In this document: positions 1-9,563 of the stretch, piece by piece
Layout of the letters: each line of letters opens with the position of its first letter
Numbering within the stretch: position 1 is the stretch's first letter
Source of the DNA: Leptospira sp.
GTDB taxonomy: Bacteria > Spirochaetota > Leptospiria > Leptospirales > Leptospiraceae
Assembly: GCA_034439575.1 (NCBI GenBank)
Contig: JAWXAQ010000036.1
Location: 32,001 to 96,000 of the forward strand
Direction: 5' to 3'
Length of the DNA: 64,000 nt
Made by a program: the position numbers and the translations under genes
Notes under the pieces: generated by a model
Database searches by the model: none
What the model saw: the letters and a program-made list of their open reading frames with translations, nothing else
Told to the model about the DNA's origin: nothing

Positions 1-587
1 AATGAAGTCCAACTCGCACCACCTAAACTCCCCAAGTTCCATGAAGATAAATTTCTAAGTTGAGCATCATTGGCAATATATGTTAGAAGTCCAATAGCGG
101 AATAACAAAGAGCATTGATAGCGATTCCAATAAGTAAGAGACCAAATACTTCCGTTTTACCATTGTTTCGTGCAAATGAAAAAATTAGAAAACCTGTTGT
201 AATCCCGCCGACAAAAGAAAATAGAATCGTACTCCAGATTGTGGGTAAAAATGGTAAATAATTTCCAAGTACGATTCCGATTCCTGCAAATAACGAAGCA
301 CCTGCGGTGATTCCAACGAGACCTGGATCAACGATGGGATTTCTAAATATGCCTTGGATCACAGCACCAGACCATGCCAAAGAACCACCCAGTAGAATTG
401 CGAGAATCACTCGTGGCAAACGAATGTTCCAAAAAATTTCATTTTGAATGGATTGTGTATCATTAAGTAAAGCCATTAAAGATATATTATAAGCACCAAT
501 GATAGAAACTATAGGAACAGATAGAAACAAAATACTAACTGAAAAAATGAGTAAGCACTTTCTTTTTGTTAGTCTATTGATTTCCAT
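1..587 (-). CDS. hmuU: Haem/iron-chelate ABC transporter permease (FecCD/HmuU family), runs off the window edge
   Basis: Not in the ORF track. Translated by hand from ATG at 587: ...IFWNIRLPRVILAILLGGSLAWSGAVIQGIFRNPIVDPGLVGITAGASLFAG...WNLGSLGGASW, typical FecCD motifs. Overlaps the end of hmuT. Confidence 0.9.
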   Translation of the reverse strand, partial: MEINRLTKRKCLLIFSVSILFLSVPIVSIIGAYNISLMALLNDTQSIQNEIFWNIRLPRVILAILLGGSLAWSGAVIQGIFRNPIVDPGLVGITAGASLFAGIGIVLGNYLPFLPTIWSTILFSFVGGITTGFLIFSFARNNGKTEVFGLLLIGIAINALCYSAIGLLTYIANDAQLRNLSSWNLGSLGGASWTS

Positions 588-1402
588 TTGTTTCCTAGTT
601 CATTAAGTGCGGTTGGTAATCTTGGACCAAAGCCAAGTAAAAGTAAATCATCCATAACAATCAGATTTTTTTCCTTTCCTGCCCTTGTTGATTTTATGCC
701 TGATATTTCCCAAATAGCTTCACCACCACCGATCATATCAAATGAATGTTTGGTGAGAAGGATTATGTCTGGATTGTTTGCGACTAAACTTTCCGTAGTT
801 AGTGGTTTATAATCATCAAACTCTGATATCGCATTTGTAGCACCTGACAAATGTATCATTGCATCTGGGGCTGTTTTTTTTCCTGAAACAAATAAATTTG
901 TAGCTCCGCGCGAATAGATAAATAGAACCTTGATTGGCTTTTTCAAATTTGGTTTTTTAAATGTACTTATCTGGGTATTGAATTCATTTATTAATTTTTC
1001 ACCCTGAACTTGTTTGTTTGTCGAATTCGCAATTTTTCGAATTTTCTCTTCTACCCCTTTTGCAGAAAATTCATCAGATAAAATCAAAAGTGGAACCGAA
1101 GTCTGACGAATTTGATCCAAAGTAGAGGCGGGACCGGCAGATTCTGTCCCGATGACAAATGTGGGTGAAAAAGAAAGAATTCCTTCGGAAGAAAGGATTC
1201 TTTGGTAGCCAACTTGTTTGATTTTGGAAGTTTCCTTCGGAAAAGTCGAAGAAGTATCAATTCCTATGATTTTTTCCCCCAATCCTAATTGGAATAAGAT
1301 TTCTGTGACGGAACCATTGAGTGAAACTATGCGTTCTGAGGGTTCGGCATCCAAAATACTTCGGAAAAAAAGAAATAATACCATTGGAAAGATTCGTTTC
1401 AT
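569..1402 (-). CDS. hmuT: Haem ABC transporter periplasmic binding protein (HmuT/PhuT-like)
   Basis: RIVSLNGSVTEILFQLG, GYQRILSSEGILS (Tyr haem-ligand region) and LLLGFGPR motifs; signal peptide from MKRIF. The ORF track starts further upstream at 1429. Confidence 0.88.
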   Translation of the reverse strand: MKRIFPMVLFLFFRSILDAEPSERIVSLNGSVTEILFQLGLGEKIIGIDTSSTFPKETSKIKQVGYQRILSSEGILSFSPTFVIGTESAGPASTLDQIRQTSVPLLILSDEFSAKGVEEKIRKIANSTNKQVQGEKLINEFNTQISTFKKPNLKKPIKVLFIYSRGATNLFVSGKKTAPDAMIHLSGATNAISEFDDYKPLTTESLVANNPDIILLTKHSFDMIGGGEAIWEISGIKSTRAGKEKNLIVMDDLLLLGFGPRLPTALNELGNKWKSID

Positions 1403-1444
1403 AGGAGCAAGATTCTTGACTGGTAGCATTTGTCAATCAATAAA

Positions 1445-1512
1445 TGAGACTGAGACTCAATATAGTATTTGACAGCCAGCTTGGGATTTCTTTTGTTGAG
1501 ACTAATTCTCAA
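1445..1512. promoter_or_regulatory. Two 7-1-7 Fur-like inverted repeats in the divergent haem-uptake promoter
   Basis: TGAGACT-G-AGACTCA (1445-1459) and TGAGACT-A-ATTCTCA (1497-1511) flank a TTGACA at 1469-1474. Confidence 0.65.
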
Positions 1513-1525
1513 AAAGGGGTCCACT

Positions 1526-2263
1526 ATGGACAAAAATTATTTAAAAATTACCATCTTACTCGCTGTCGCACTCTTGCTATTTTCAAATTGTGAAACTAAA
1601 TCCGAGGAGCAAACGACCAATGGAGCCGTATTACTCGGACTTGTTGATTCACAAAGTAAAGCAGAAGCGGCTCGTATTGCCGCAACCAAAGTCTGTGAAA
1701 CGACAATAGATAGCACATACACTTCAGGTTCATACGCGGTAATTTGTACACCTAGTGCTGGTGTGGGAAGATTTTTCCGCATTACAGGCGTAAAAACAAA
1801 TGGTGATAACGGATATCTTTATCTTTTCTTAGGTTATGCCAGCACTCCAACATCTGTCACTCCAAATGCGACTGGCCAATACCAATTTGTATTTGGTAAA
1901 TCTGTTACAAATGCAAATCCATTTGCTTGGTTTAGAAATTTAGAATATGGTAATTATCAAGCAGGGCAAACAGCTAGTGGTGCGAATCCATCTTTATCTC
2001 TTACCACTGAAAAAGAAATCTGTGTGAGTTTTTCTGGAACAAGTTCGGCACCGAGAGTTAACTTTTGGATCACGGGAACTAACGGCGCCGATTGTCAAGT
2101 TAGATCAAGCTTAACTCAGACATCATCTATCATAGATTATATTGGTTGGTCAAATGCATCCAATGTTATCTCAAGCACATCTATAGCCAATCATTTCCGA
2201 TTTAGTAGCACTGCACTTTTGACTGCGACTAAAATTTTTGTATCAACTGAAAGCATTTTTTAA
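1526..2263 (+). CDS. Uncharacterised lipoprotein, first gene of the haem-uptake operon
   Basis: AAGGGG RBS and ATG at 1526; lipobox LLFSNC; Ser/Thr/Gly-rich mature part with four further Cys. Confidence 0.8.
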   Translation: MDKNYLKITILLAVALLLFSNCETKSEEQTTNGAVLLGLVDSQSKAEAARIAATKVCETTIDSTYTSGSYAVICTPSAGVGRFFRITGVKTNGDNGYLYLFLGYASTPTSVTPNATGQYQFVFGKSVTNANPFAWFRNLEYGNYQAGQTASGANPSLSLTTEKEICVSFSGTSSAPRVNFWITGTNGADCQVRSSLTQTSSIIDYIGWSNASNVISSTSIANHFRFSSTALLTATKIFVSTESIF

Positions 2264-2292
2264 ATTGAGGGGAAGGATAATCTTCCCCAATT
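2263..2292 (+). terminator. Intercistronic stem-loop (attenuator or mRNA-stabilising hairpin)
   Basis: GGGGAAG-gataat-CTTCCCC stem (2269-2288) with flanking AATT/AATT; no strong U-tract. Confidence 0.5.
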
Positions 2293-2307
2293 AAAGGTAA
2301 AACATAT

Positions 2308-2958
2308 ATGAAATTTATAATTAAAAAATCAATTTTGTTCATACTCTTATTTTTCTTCTATCAATGCGAAGAGGGAAAACAAAAAAATTCAGATATGGGA
2401 GCAAGCGCACTATTGCTTTTGCAACCAGCATCCACTCAAACAAATTCAACTACTTCAAGCACTCAAGATGTAGAAACAAAAGCAGAAGGTTCCTTGTATT
2501 CAACAACTGTTAATGCATCATCAACATCTGCTTGGATGTATGTTAGTTTAAAAGAAGGGGGAAAAAAAGCAAGTTCAGATATACAATGGGACATTCGATT
2601 CAAACGATTTGTAATAGGAACTAACAGTGGTACAAGTGGTAGTGGAAACGGTGGTTCTTGTGATACAACAAAATCAAGTGTCACTGACGCTTCGATTAAT
2701 GCTTCCACTTGTACCTTGGTAATCGATTCAGTGCAATCGCAAACTGGAGAAGGTGGATTTGGTTCTGCTAGCGAAAGTGCCAGTCCTTCCATGTTTACTT
2801 GGTATTCTTATGATGGAACTAGTCACCTTTTAAGTAGCAAACGACTCGTATACATTGTAAGGGGTAGTGATGGAACATTGTATAGATTACAAATGTTAGA
2901 TTATTATAGTTCGGCTGGGACAAGCGGATATATGAAATTCTATTGGAAAGGCTTATAA
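2308..2958 (+). CDS. hmuY: HmuY-family haem-binding lipoprotein
   Basis: Lipobox FFYQC; WDIRFKRFVIGTNSGTSG and WYSY...VYIVRGSDG..Y.LQMLDYY...GTSGYMKF motifs; lies directly before a TonB receptor. Confidence 0.88.
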   Translation: MKFIIKKSILFILLFFFYQCEEGKQKNSDMGASALLLLQPASTQTNSTTSSTQDVETKAEGSLYSTTVNASSTSAWMYVSLKEGGKKASSDIQWDIRFKRFVIGTNSGTSGSGNGGSCDTTKSSVTDASINASTCTLVIDSVQSQTGEGGFGSASESASPSMFTWYSYDGTSHLLSSKRLVYIVRGSDGTLYRLQMLDYYSSAGTSGYMKFYWKGL

Positions 2959-2964
2959 GAATAA

Positions 2965-5313
2965 ATGTATTTTCCATTCTATTTTTTTTTCATATTTCTT
3001 TTTGTTTCTTCGTATTTAAGTGCTGAAACTTTAGAAAATACAAACAAAGACGATGCGAATGTTATTACAGTAACAGGGACTCGGCGTAAAGGTCTACTGA
3101 AAGACTCGACAATCACGACGGAAGTGATTTCTAGAAAAGATATTGATGCTATGGGAGCAAAGGATGTTTCCGAAACTCTTGGCAATGTTCCTGGTATTGA
3201 AGTTCGACCTGCACAAGCTGGAGAGCGAGGAAGTACGGTGAGATTGCAAGGATTATCATCGCAAAATGTATTAATACTTGTGGATGGCCAGCGAACAACT
3301 GGTAGGTTTAGTGGATCGATTGATCTTACCAGATTTAAAGCGGATGAAATAGAAAGAATAGAAATTGTGAAAGGAGCATCGTCTGCGATTTACGGGTCTG
3401 ATGCCATAGCAGGTGTGATCAATATTATCACTAAGGAAGCAAAAAGTCCTTTGTTTGCTGAATTTCGCACCATGGCAGGTTCCGGCAGTAAATCGTATTT
3501 TGGTCCTTATATCGACTATCGTAATTATGCGAGTGCCGGAACTAAGGGAGATAAGATCGGGACAATTTTTACAGTTGGCTGGCATAAGGGAGAGGGTTAT
3601 GACCTAACACCTGACGCAACTAAAGGTCCGAGAAATGGACGAACTGCCTCGCTTGCTCCCGGTTATAATCCTTATCCAAGCGAAACCTCCTTTATACAGT
3701 CTTATTATTTGGCATCCAGACTTCCCAATTATTCTCCGCCATTGGAATCAACTTCTGGCGGAGCCTTTAATGATTTAAATGTTTCAAATAAATCTACATT
3801 TCAACTTACAAATGATTTGTTGCTCACAAGTACTATGTATTATAGATACCTTCAGCAAACAGCTGTAGATGCGATTTTGCCAAGAACAGTTTATGACAGG
3901 ACAAATAAAACGCATGATTTTATGGGTGCTTTGAATCCGGATTGGAATCTAACAAAAAAAACTTCCATCAATGTGAATCTTAACCATTCAAGATTTCAAG
4001 ATTTATTTAACAATGACCAACGTAAATCAGATGAACTAGATACACAACAGAGGACGGACAATGGAATTACTGAAATCCGAACTCGAGTCGACTATAAATT
4101 TGCTGAAAACCATATAACTTCTGTAGGTGTTGAACATTTATATGATAAATTATCATCAGCACGCCTTGCACCTGATTGTCGAAGATCATATCCTTATTTA
4201 TGCCAGGAAGATTTTAATCCTGATATAGCAAAGGGCCAGTCCATTAATGGAAATATTTTTCGGTTCAGAAATGCTATATTTTTACAAGATGAGTGGAGGA
4301 TATCAGATAAGCCAAGAATACAAATCGTCCCAGGAGTCAGATACGATCATGATTCTTTGTATGGCGGTGAGTGGTTACCAAAGTTAGCTGTTAGGTATGA
4401 TGTGACTGATACATTTAGAATCAGAATCGCAAATGGCTTAGGGTTTAGAGCACCTAGTTTTCAAGATTTATATTTCAATTTTTTAAATCCTGGTGTTGGA
4501 TACCGTGTAACAGGTAATCCAAATTTAAAACCAGAAATATCTCGTAGCTATAATTTTGGATGGGAGTGGGATATATCAAAGTATGTTTGGTTTAGTTCCA
4601 ATTTTTTTCATAATAACATCGATAACTTAATTGGATTTCGAACAAATCCGATCCGAGATAACTCAGGCCTACTTGTATATCAAACATCAAATTATCTCAA
4701 GGCGACAACTTCTGGGGTTGAAACTTCGATCCAATTTCGTTTGCAGGAATTTTTATCAATAGGTGGTGGCTACACATATACGCATTCAAAAGATGAATTA
4801 ACCAATTTACCTTTAGAAGGAAGAGGGCCTCAGAGGTGGAATCTCAATTTACGATTCGAAGAAAAACAAACAGGAATTAGTTTTTCTATATTTGCCGTTA
4901 TTTTTGGCAAACAACCATATTACTGTGTTAAAAATCCGATTTGGTGCAATCCTGATTTTAGTGACAACAACTTCCAAGGTATGGAATCTGTATTGATATC
5001 AAATTCGCAAAAAGTTATTAATGAAGCATTTTCTCAAATTCCCCAAGCAATTTCTGAAGAATGTGCTTTAAGAAATCAATCATTTTGTACTAGAGAACAA
5101 ACCTTCGGGTATAGAATGGTGAATGCACATACCAATTTGAATTTGAGAATTTCGCAAAAATTCTTCACCAACTTTCAGTGGTTTGTTGGAATAGATAATG
5201 CACTAGATAGCTGGGATTTAACATATAATCCACAAAAACCGAAGTTTATATATATAGGACTTGATGGAAAATTTTCCTATCAAGAAAAAGAAAAATTATC
5301 ACCTAACATATGA
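2965..5313 (+). CDS. TonB-dependent haem/haemoprotein receptor
   Basis: TonB box (VITVTGTRR), plug motif IERIEIVKGASSAIYGSDAIAGVINIITK, FRAP and NPNL motifs. Confidence 0.9.
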   Translation: MYFPFYFFFIFLFVSSYLSAETLENTNKDDANVITVTGTRRKGLLKDSTITTEVISRKDIDAMGAKDVSETLGNVPGIEVRPAQAGERGSTVRLQGLSSQNVLILVDGQRTTGRFSGSIDLTRFKADEIERIEIVKGASSAIYGSDAIAGVINIITKEAKSPLFAEFRTMAGSGSKSYFGPYIDYRNYASAGTKGDKIGTIFTVGWHKGEGYDLTPDATKGPRNGRTASLAPGYNPYPSETSFIQSYYLASRLPNYSPPLESTSGGAFNDLNVSNKSTFQLTNDLLLTSTMYYRYLQQTAVDAILPRTVYDRTNKTHDFMGALNPDWNLTKKTSINVNLNHSRFQDLFNNDQRKSDELDTQQRTDNGITEIRTRVDYKFAENHITSVGVEHLYDKLSSARLAPDCRRSYPYLCQEDFNPDIAKGQSINGNIFRFRNAIFLQDEWRISDKPRIQIVPGVRYDHDSLYGGEWLPKLAVRYDVTDTFRIRIANGLGFRAPSFQDLYFNFLNPGVGYRVTGNPNLKPEISRSYNFGWEWDISKYVWFSSNFFHNNIDNLIGFRTNPIRDNSGLLVYQTSNYLKATTSGVETSIQFRLQEFLSIGGGYTYTHSKDELTNLPLEGRGPQRWNLNLRFEEKQTGISFSIFAVIFGKQPYYCVKNPIWCNPDFSDNNFQGMESVLISNSQKVINEAFSQIPQAISEECALRNQSFCTREQTFGYRMVNAHTNLNLRISQKFFTNFQWFVGIDNALDSWDLTYNPQKPKFIYIGLDGKFSYQEKEKLSPNI

Positions 5314-5431
5314 TTTGGTCTATCTTTTAATCCTGAAATTAGTAAATTTATTTTATGATTTAAAGTATAAGAAGAAAACTTTTTAAAATATAGGTCCAAT
5401 TTCACTTGCCTAGTCTTTAGAAATAGTTAGA

Positions 5432-5743
5432 ATGATGGACATGAAACAATCCATTATTTTCATTTTCACAGTTTGTTTTCATTTTGCCATTTGGTCGCAA
5501 AATAATGGGATAGGTTCCCCTGGTTCGGGAACTGGCGATGCAGGGAATGGAATCGGTAATCCTGGAACAAACATTGGGGATCCTGGTAATGGAATTGGTG
5601 GACCAGCGACAACAATTCCAAGTGACCCAGATCAGAATCAAAATGATGGTTATAGACAAAATCAAGGGGATCGAGATCGTAATCATGGTCGTCCTCATCA
5701 TCATGGACCTAGGCAAGGCAATGGGGGAAGAGGCAGGAGATAA
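5432..5743 (+). CDS. Small secreted Gly-rich protein with 7-aa repeats
   Basis: Signal peptide, five xGIGxPG-like heptads, then a His/Arg/Gly-rich tail. Confidence 0.6.
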   Translation: MMDMKQSIIFIFTVCFHFAIWSQNNGIGSPGSGTGDAGNGIGNPGTNIGDPGNGIGGPATTIPSDPDQNQNDGYRQNQGDRDRNHGRPHHHGPRQGNGGRGRR

Positions 5744-5790
5744 TTAGAAATTAAATTTGAACTAAAATCATATGTATATGTTTTTATCCC

Positions 5791-6426
5791 TTAGTATTTA
5801 GCACCCGCAGAGATTAATAATGAAACTATCTCTGCGTGGCCTTCTTGGTTTGCTTCACTCAAGGCAGATCCTCCAAATTTATCAGTCAGATTAAGATTTG
5901 CTTTGTATTGAAGTAATAATTTAACAGAATCTATGTGACCATTACTCGCAGCATACATAAGTGCTGTAGCTCCCATTCTATCTTGGTGATTGATATTTGC
6001 CTTTGCATTTATTAATACTTGCAAAATATCAGGAAACCCATTGAAAGATGCCCAAATAAGAGCCGTTTTGTGGTCATCATTTTTAATATTTGGATCTGCC
6101 TTCGCATCAAGCAACATTCCTACTATAGGTAGATAACCATTTCTCGAGGCATATATCAAAGGAGTAGAGCCATCTTTTGATTTTACATTTGGGTTAGTAC
6201 TAGAAGATAATAAGGAACGAACAATTTCTTCATTTCCGAAAATGGCGGCAGAGATCAAGGGGTGATTTCTTTCGTCCAATTTATCTGAAGTATCAATATC
6301 TTTTGAAGAAGGAAAGTATTCTGTAGAAGGTGCGATGATTTTGTCAGTGGAGCGTTTGTTTGCAGGTTTAGTGAGGCACGAAAAGAAAAGTGCAATCAGT
6401 AAGAGCAAAAATAGTATCTGCTTCAT
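5791..6426 (-). CDS. Ankyrin-repeat lipoprotein
   Basis: Lipobox LFFSC; about five ankyrin repeats (TPLIYASRNG, TALIWASFNG, TALMYAASNGH). Confidence 0.9.
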   Translation of the reverse strand: MKQILFLLLLIALFFSCLTKPANKRSTDKIIAPSTEYFPSSKDIDTSDKLDERNHPLISAAIFGNEEIVRSLLSSSTNPNVKSKDGSTPLIYASRNGYLPIVGMLLDAKADPNIKNDDHKTALIWASFNGFPDILQVLINAKANINHQDRMGATALMYAASNGHIDSVKLLLQYKANLNLTDKFGGSALSEANQEGHAEIVSLLISAGAKY

Positions 6427-6476
6427 GTTTGAAATATCTTCATATGTTGTAGGAAACTGGCAATCATTAATCGAAA

Positions 6477-7115
6477 TTATATGGAAGCCGAGATATTTTT
6501 CCGTCTTCGTCTGGCGCGAATTCCCCCTACAAAAATTAGTCTTAATTGTTTGACGGTCTTTATTTGGATTCGCCTATGTTCGCGTTCGTCGGAAAGATCT
6601 ACATCCAAATATTCTCCAGCCATATGAAAGGCATTGGATACAATCATTTCAGAAACAAATTCAATATCTGAGAAGGGAATCGACTTTGGCATTCTCATAT
6701 CTGCGGCAAGTTCTGAACCTATAAAAGCCATTTCATTGCGAATGGCTTTTCGAATGCGTTGATTCCCTCCTGTCTTTTCCCGAGAGAGAAACCGAAAGAG
6801 GAGGCGATTTTTATTTACGTATTCAAAAAACAAATCAAGAGATTCTTTGAGCGCGGCCCGATAGGCTCCACTTTTTCTCGCATCACGAAGCAAAGTGCGC
6901 AATTTTCCACCCATATCATCCACAACGGCCAAACCCAGTTCCTCCATGTTTTTGAAGTGCCTATAGAATGCTGCTGGTACGATTCCTGCCGCTCCAGCCA
7001 CTTCTCGTAGGCTCAACTCACCAAGTCCTTTCTCTTCACCCATAAGTTTCAATGAGGCAGAGATCAAAGTAGAGCGTGTTTTTAGCTTTTGGAGGTATCT
7101 TTGGTTGAGTTTCAT
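6477..7115 (-). CDS. TetR-family regulator of the DesT/FabR type
   Basis: LSLREVAGAAGIVPAAFYRHFKNMEELGL HTH; divergent from a reductase-desaturase pair. Confidence 0.88.
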   Translation of the reverse strand: MKLNQRYLQKLKTRSTLISASLKLMGEEKGLGELSLREVAGAAGIVPAAFYRHFKNMEELGLAVVDDMGGKLRTLLRDARKSGAYRAALKESLDLFFEYVNKNRLLFRFLSREKTGGNQRIRKAIRNEMAFIGSELAADMRMPKSIPFSDIEFVSEMIVSNAFHMAGEYLDVDLSDEREHRRIQIKTVKQLRLIFVGGIRARRRRKNISASI

Positions 7116-7123
7116 TTGGATCT

Positions 7124-7226
7124 AAGTAAACGATTGTTCACTTTTTTTTTCTGACAAGGAGAAAAAGATGCAAAACGGGGTTGACATAGTTAACGCTGTA
7201 TGGTAACTCTGTGAACAGTTGTTTAC
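7124..7226. promoter_or_regulatory. Two DesT/FabR-type operators plus a sigma70 promoter
   Basis: GTAAACGATTGTTCAC (7126-7141) and GTGAACAGTTGTTTAC (7211-7226) are inverted near-copies. TTGACA at 7181-7186, TGnTAACTC at 7201-7209. Confidence 0.75.
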
Positions 7227-7242
7227 CAAAAACGAGGCGAAA

Positions 7243-8328
7243 ATGAAAACTTTACCATTTATCTACAACCAACCAAAGGAATTTTGGGCTTCTTTAGAGC
7301 CTAAAGCCTGGGCAGACTTTATCCTAGGGGAAATTAACCCCTTATATTCACTTACAGAGACAAAGGCGAAGGTTCTGGAAGTCAGAACTGAGACTCCAGA
7401 TACCAAAACACTTGTTCTCCAAACCAATCGAAATTGGAAGGGATTCAAAGCTGGTCAGCACGTTCCTGTAACAATTGAGATCGCAGGAAGGAAAGTGACT
7501 CGCTTTTATTCTCTTTCCAATTCTCCTTCGGAAAAACAAATTTTTATCACAGTTAAGAAACAAAACGGTGGCCTTGTTTCCCATTTCATTAACGAACGCA
7601 TCCAAAAGGGAGATATTTTGGAATTGGGGGCAGCCCAAGGGGAATTCGTCCTTCCGTCTGTCCTACCGAAAAAAATCCTAATGATTGCTGGTGGAAGTGG
7701 CATCACCCCGATTCATTCGATCATTAAAGAACTTAGTGCAAAGAAATATGAAGGCGATGTCAAACTTCTGTATTTTTCAAGATTTCGTGAAGATATCATT
7801 TTCTTTGATTCTTTTGCTCAATTGGAAAAAACACATTCTTGGTTAAACATAAAACATGTATTAACGGACGTTCCTATGGAAGGCTTTGATTCAGGTTTTT
7901 TAACCAAAGATATGTTAGATGCATATACTCCTGATTTAGCTGATAGAACAGTATTTCTTTGCGGTCCAGCTCCTTTACAAAAATCAGCCAAAGCGCTTCT
8001 CGGAGATAAGGAAGTTTTATCAGAACTTTTCCTACTTCCAAATCAAGTATTAGCAGATGTGAAGTCCACAGGCCCAAAGGAAGTGGTACTTCTCCAATCA
8101 CACAAAACAATTTTACTAAAAGGTGAAAAATCAATTTTAGACGAATTGGAAGATAATGGAATTTATGCACCAAGCGGCTGTAAAATGGGTATTTGCCATA
8201 CTTGTGTTTGTAAAAAAGTAAGTGGTTCTGTCACAAACGTACTTAACCAAGAAGTATCAGGCGTGGGTGAAGAGAGTATCCAAATCTGTGTGAGTCGTGC
8301 GACTGAGAAATTAGAATTAGATTTATAG
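7243..8328 (+). CDS. Ferredoxin reductase (FAD/NAD domain plus C-terminal 2Fe-2S), desaturase electron donor (DesC-like)
   Basis: RFYSLSN, AGGSGITP, LCGP and SGCKMGICHTC...IC motifs; GAGG RBS before ATG 7243. Confidence 0.9.
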   Translation: MKTLPFIYNQPKEFWASLEPKAWADFILGEINPLYSLTETKAKVLEVRTETPDTKTLVLQTNRNWKGFKAGQHVPVTIEIAGRKVTRFYSLSNSPSEKQIFITVKKQNGGLVSHFINERIQKGDILELGAAQGEFVLPSVLPKKILMIAGGSGITPIHSIIKELSAKKYEGDVKLLYFSRFREDIIFFDSFAQLEKTHSWLNIKHVLTDVPMEGFDSGFLTKDMLDAYTPDLADRTVFLCGPAPLQKSAKALLGDKEVLSELFLLPNQVLADVKSTGPKEVVLLQSHKTILLKGEKSILDELEDNGIYAPSGCKMGICHTCVCKKVSGSVTNVLNQEVSGVGEESIQICVSRATEKLELDL

Positions 8329-8353
8329 AATTAAAAAACTTAAGGAAAATAAA

Positions 8354-9526
8354 ATGAAAACGTTAAGCAGAAATTTATCAAAACAAGAAATCGAATCTTT
8401 TGGGCAAGAATTGGAAACCATGCGCAAAGAAATTACCGCTAAAGTTGGTAAGGAAGATGCTGACCATATCAAAAAAGTATATCGCGTTTACCGTTATACG
8501 GAAGTTTTGGGTCGGGGGTTATTACATTTTAGCTTTGAACCAATTAGTTTTGTCGCAGGCACAATGCTTTTATCCATTTCCAAAATACTCAACAATATGG
8601 AGATCGGTCATAATGTTATGCATGGTCAATACGATTGGATGAATGACAAAAGATTTAATTCGAGAACCTTTGAATGGGATATTGTATCTGATTCAAAACA
8701 ATGGAAGTTTTATCATAACTATATGCACCACACTTTTACCAATGTAATTGGAAAAGATCATGATTATGGTTACAATTTTACTAGACTCACAGAAGAACAA
8801 ACATGGAAACCAATTCATTTAACGCAAGTTATTTCAAATTTGTTTCTTGCCTTTAACTTTCAGTGGGGTGTCGGAGCTCATGGTCCAAAAGTAGAATATT
8901 TGGAAAAACCAAAAAAACAAAGAACCAAAAGATCTTACAAAGATTACAGAGCAGTTTTTTTCAAAAAGATAGAATTGCAATTGGTAAAGGATTATCTTTT
9001 CTTTCCTATCCTTGCGGGATTCAATTTTCCAAAAGTATTTCTTGGAAATTTGATCGCAAACATGATACGTAATCTTTGGACTTATGCAGTAATCTTCTGC
9101 GGTCACTTCACTGAAAATACAGAAACCTTTACGCCAGAAGAGATCAAAAATGAGACAAAGGCGCAGTGGTATCTTAGACAATTAAAGGGAAGTTCAAACC
9201 TAAGTGGTGGAAAGATATTTTATATAATGACTGGGCATTTAAGTCACCAAATAGAACACCATATGTTTCCAGATATTCCTGCAAAACGTTACCAAGAAAT
9301 TGCTCCTCGTTTGCAAGAGTTATGTGCCAAATACGGTCAACATTACAATGCAGCTGGTTTCTTTAAACAATTCGCATCAGTGTGGAAAAGAATATTTGCC
9401 TACTCTTTACCTGATAGATATGCGATGAAATTAATGGAATCTAGAAATACTAAGGCTCGCCAAGAAGTAAAGGTTCAAAACATAGAAACTGTAACGGTTA
9501 AAGAAGAGGAATTGGTGATCGCATAA
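8354..9526 (+). CDS. Membrane acyl-CoA desaturase (DesB/DesA3-like)
   Basis: His boxes HNVMH, HNYMHH, HQIEHH. Confidence 0.92.
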   Translation: MKTLSRNLSKQEIESFGQELETMRKEITAKVGKEDADHIKKVYRVYRYTEVLGRGLLHFSFEPISFVAGTMLLSISKILNNMEIGHNVMHGQYDWMNDKRFNSRTFEWDIVSDSKQWKFYHNYMHHTFTNVIGKDHDYGYNFTRLTEEQTWKPIHLTQVISNLFLAFNFQWGVGAHGPKVEYLEKPKKQRTKRSYKDYRAVFFKKIELQLVKDYLFFPILAGFNFPKVFLGNLIANMIRNLWTYAVIFCGHFTENTETFTPEEIKNETKAQWYLRQLKGSSNLSGGKIFYIMTGHLSHQIEHHMFPDIPAKRYQEIAPRLQELCAKYGQHYNAAGFFKQFASVWKRIFAYSLPDRYAMKLMESRNTKARQEVKVQNIETVTVKEEELVIA

Positions 9527-9563
9527 TAAAGAATCTACGCAAACAGCAGATCAGAAACGTATT

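Noticed and set aside
5417-5716. 99-aa minus-strand ORF and 69-aa alternative-frame ORF (5538-5747) over the Gly-rich gene
   Set aside because: These are shadows of a low-complexity repeat. The plus-strand 5432 frame has the signal peptide and coherent heptads.
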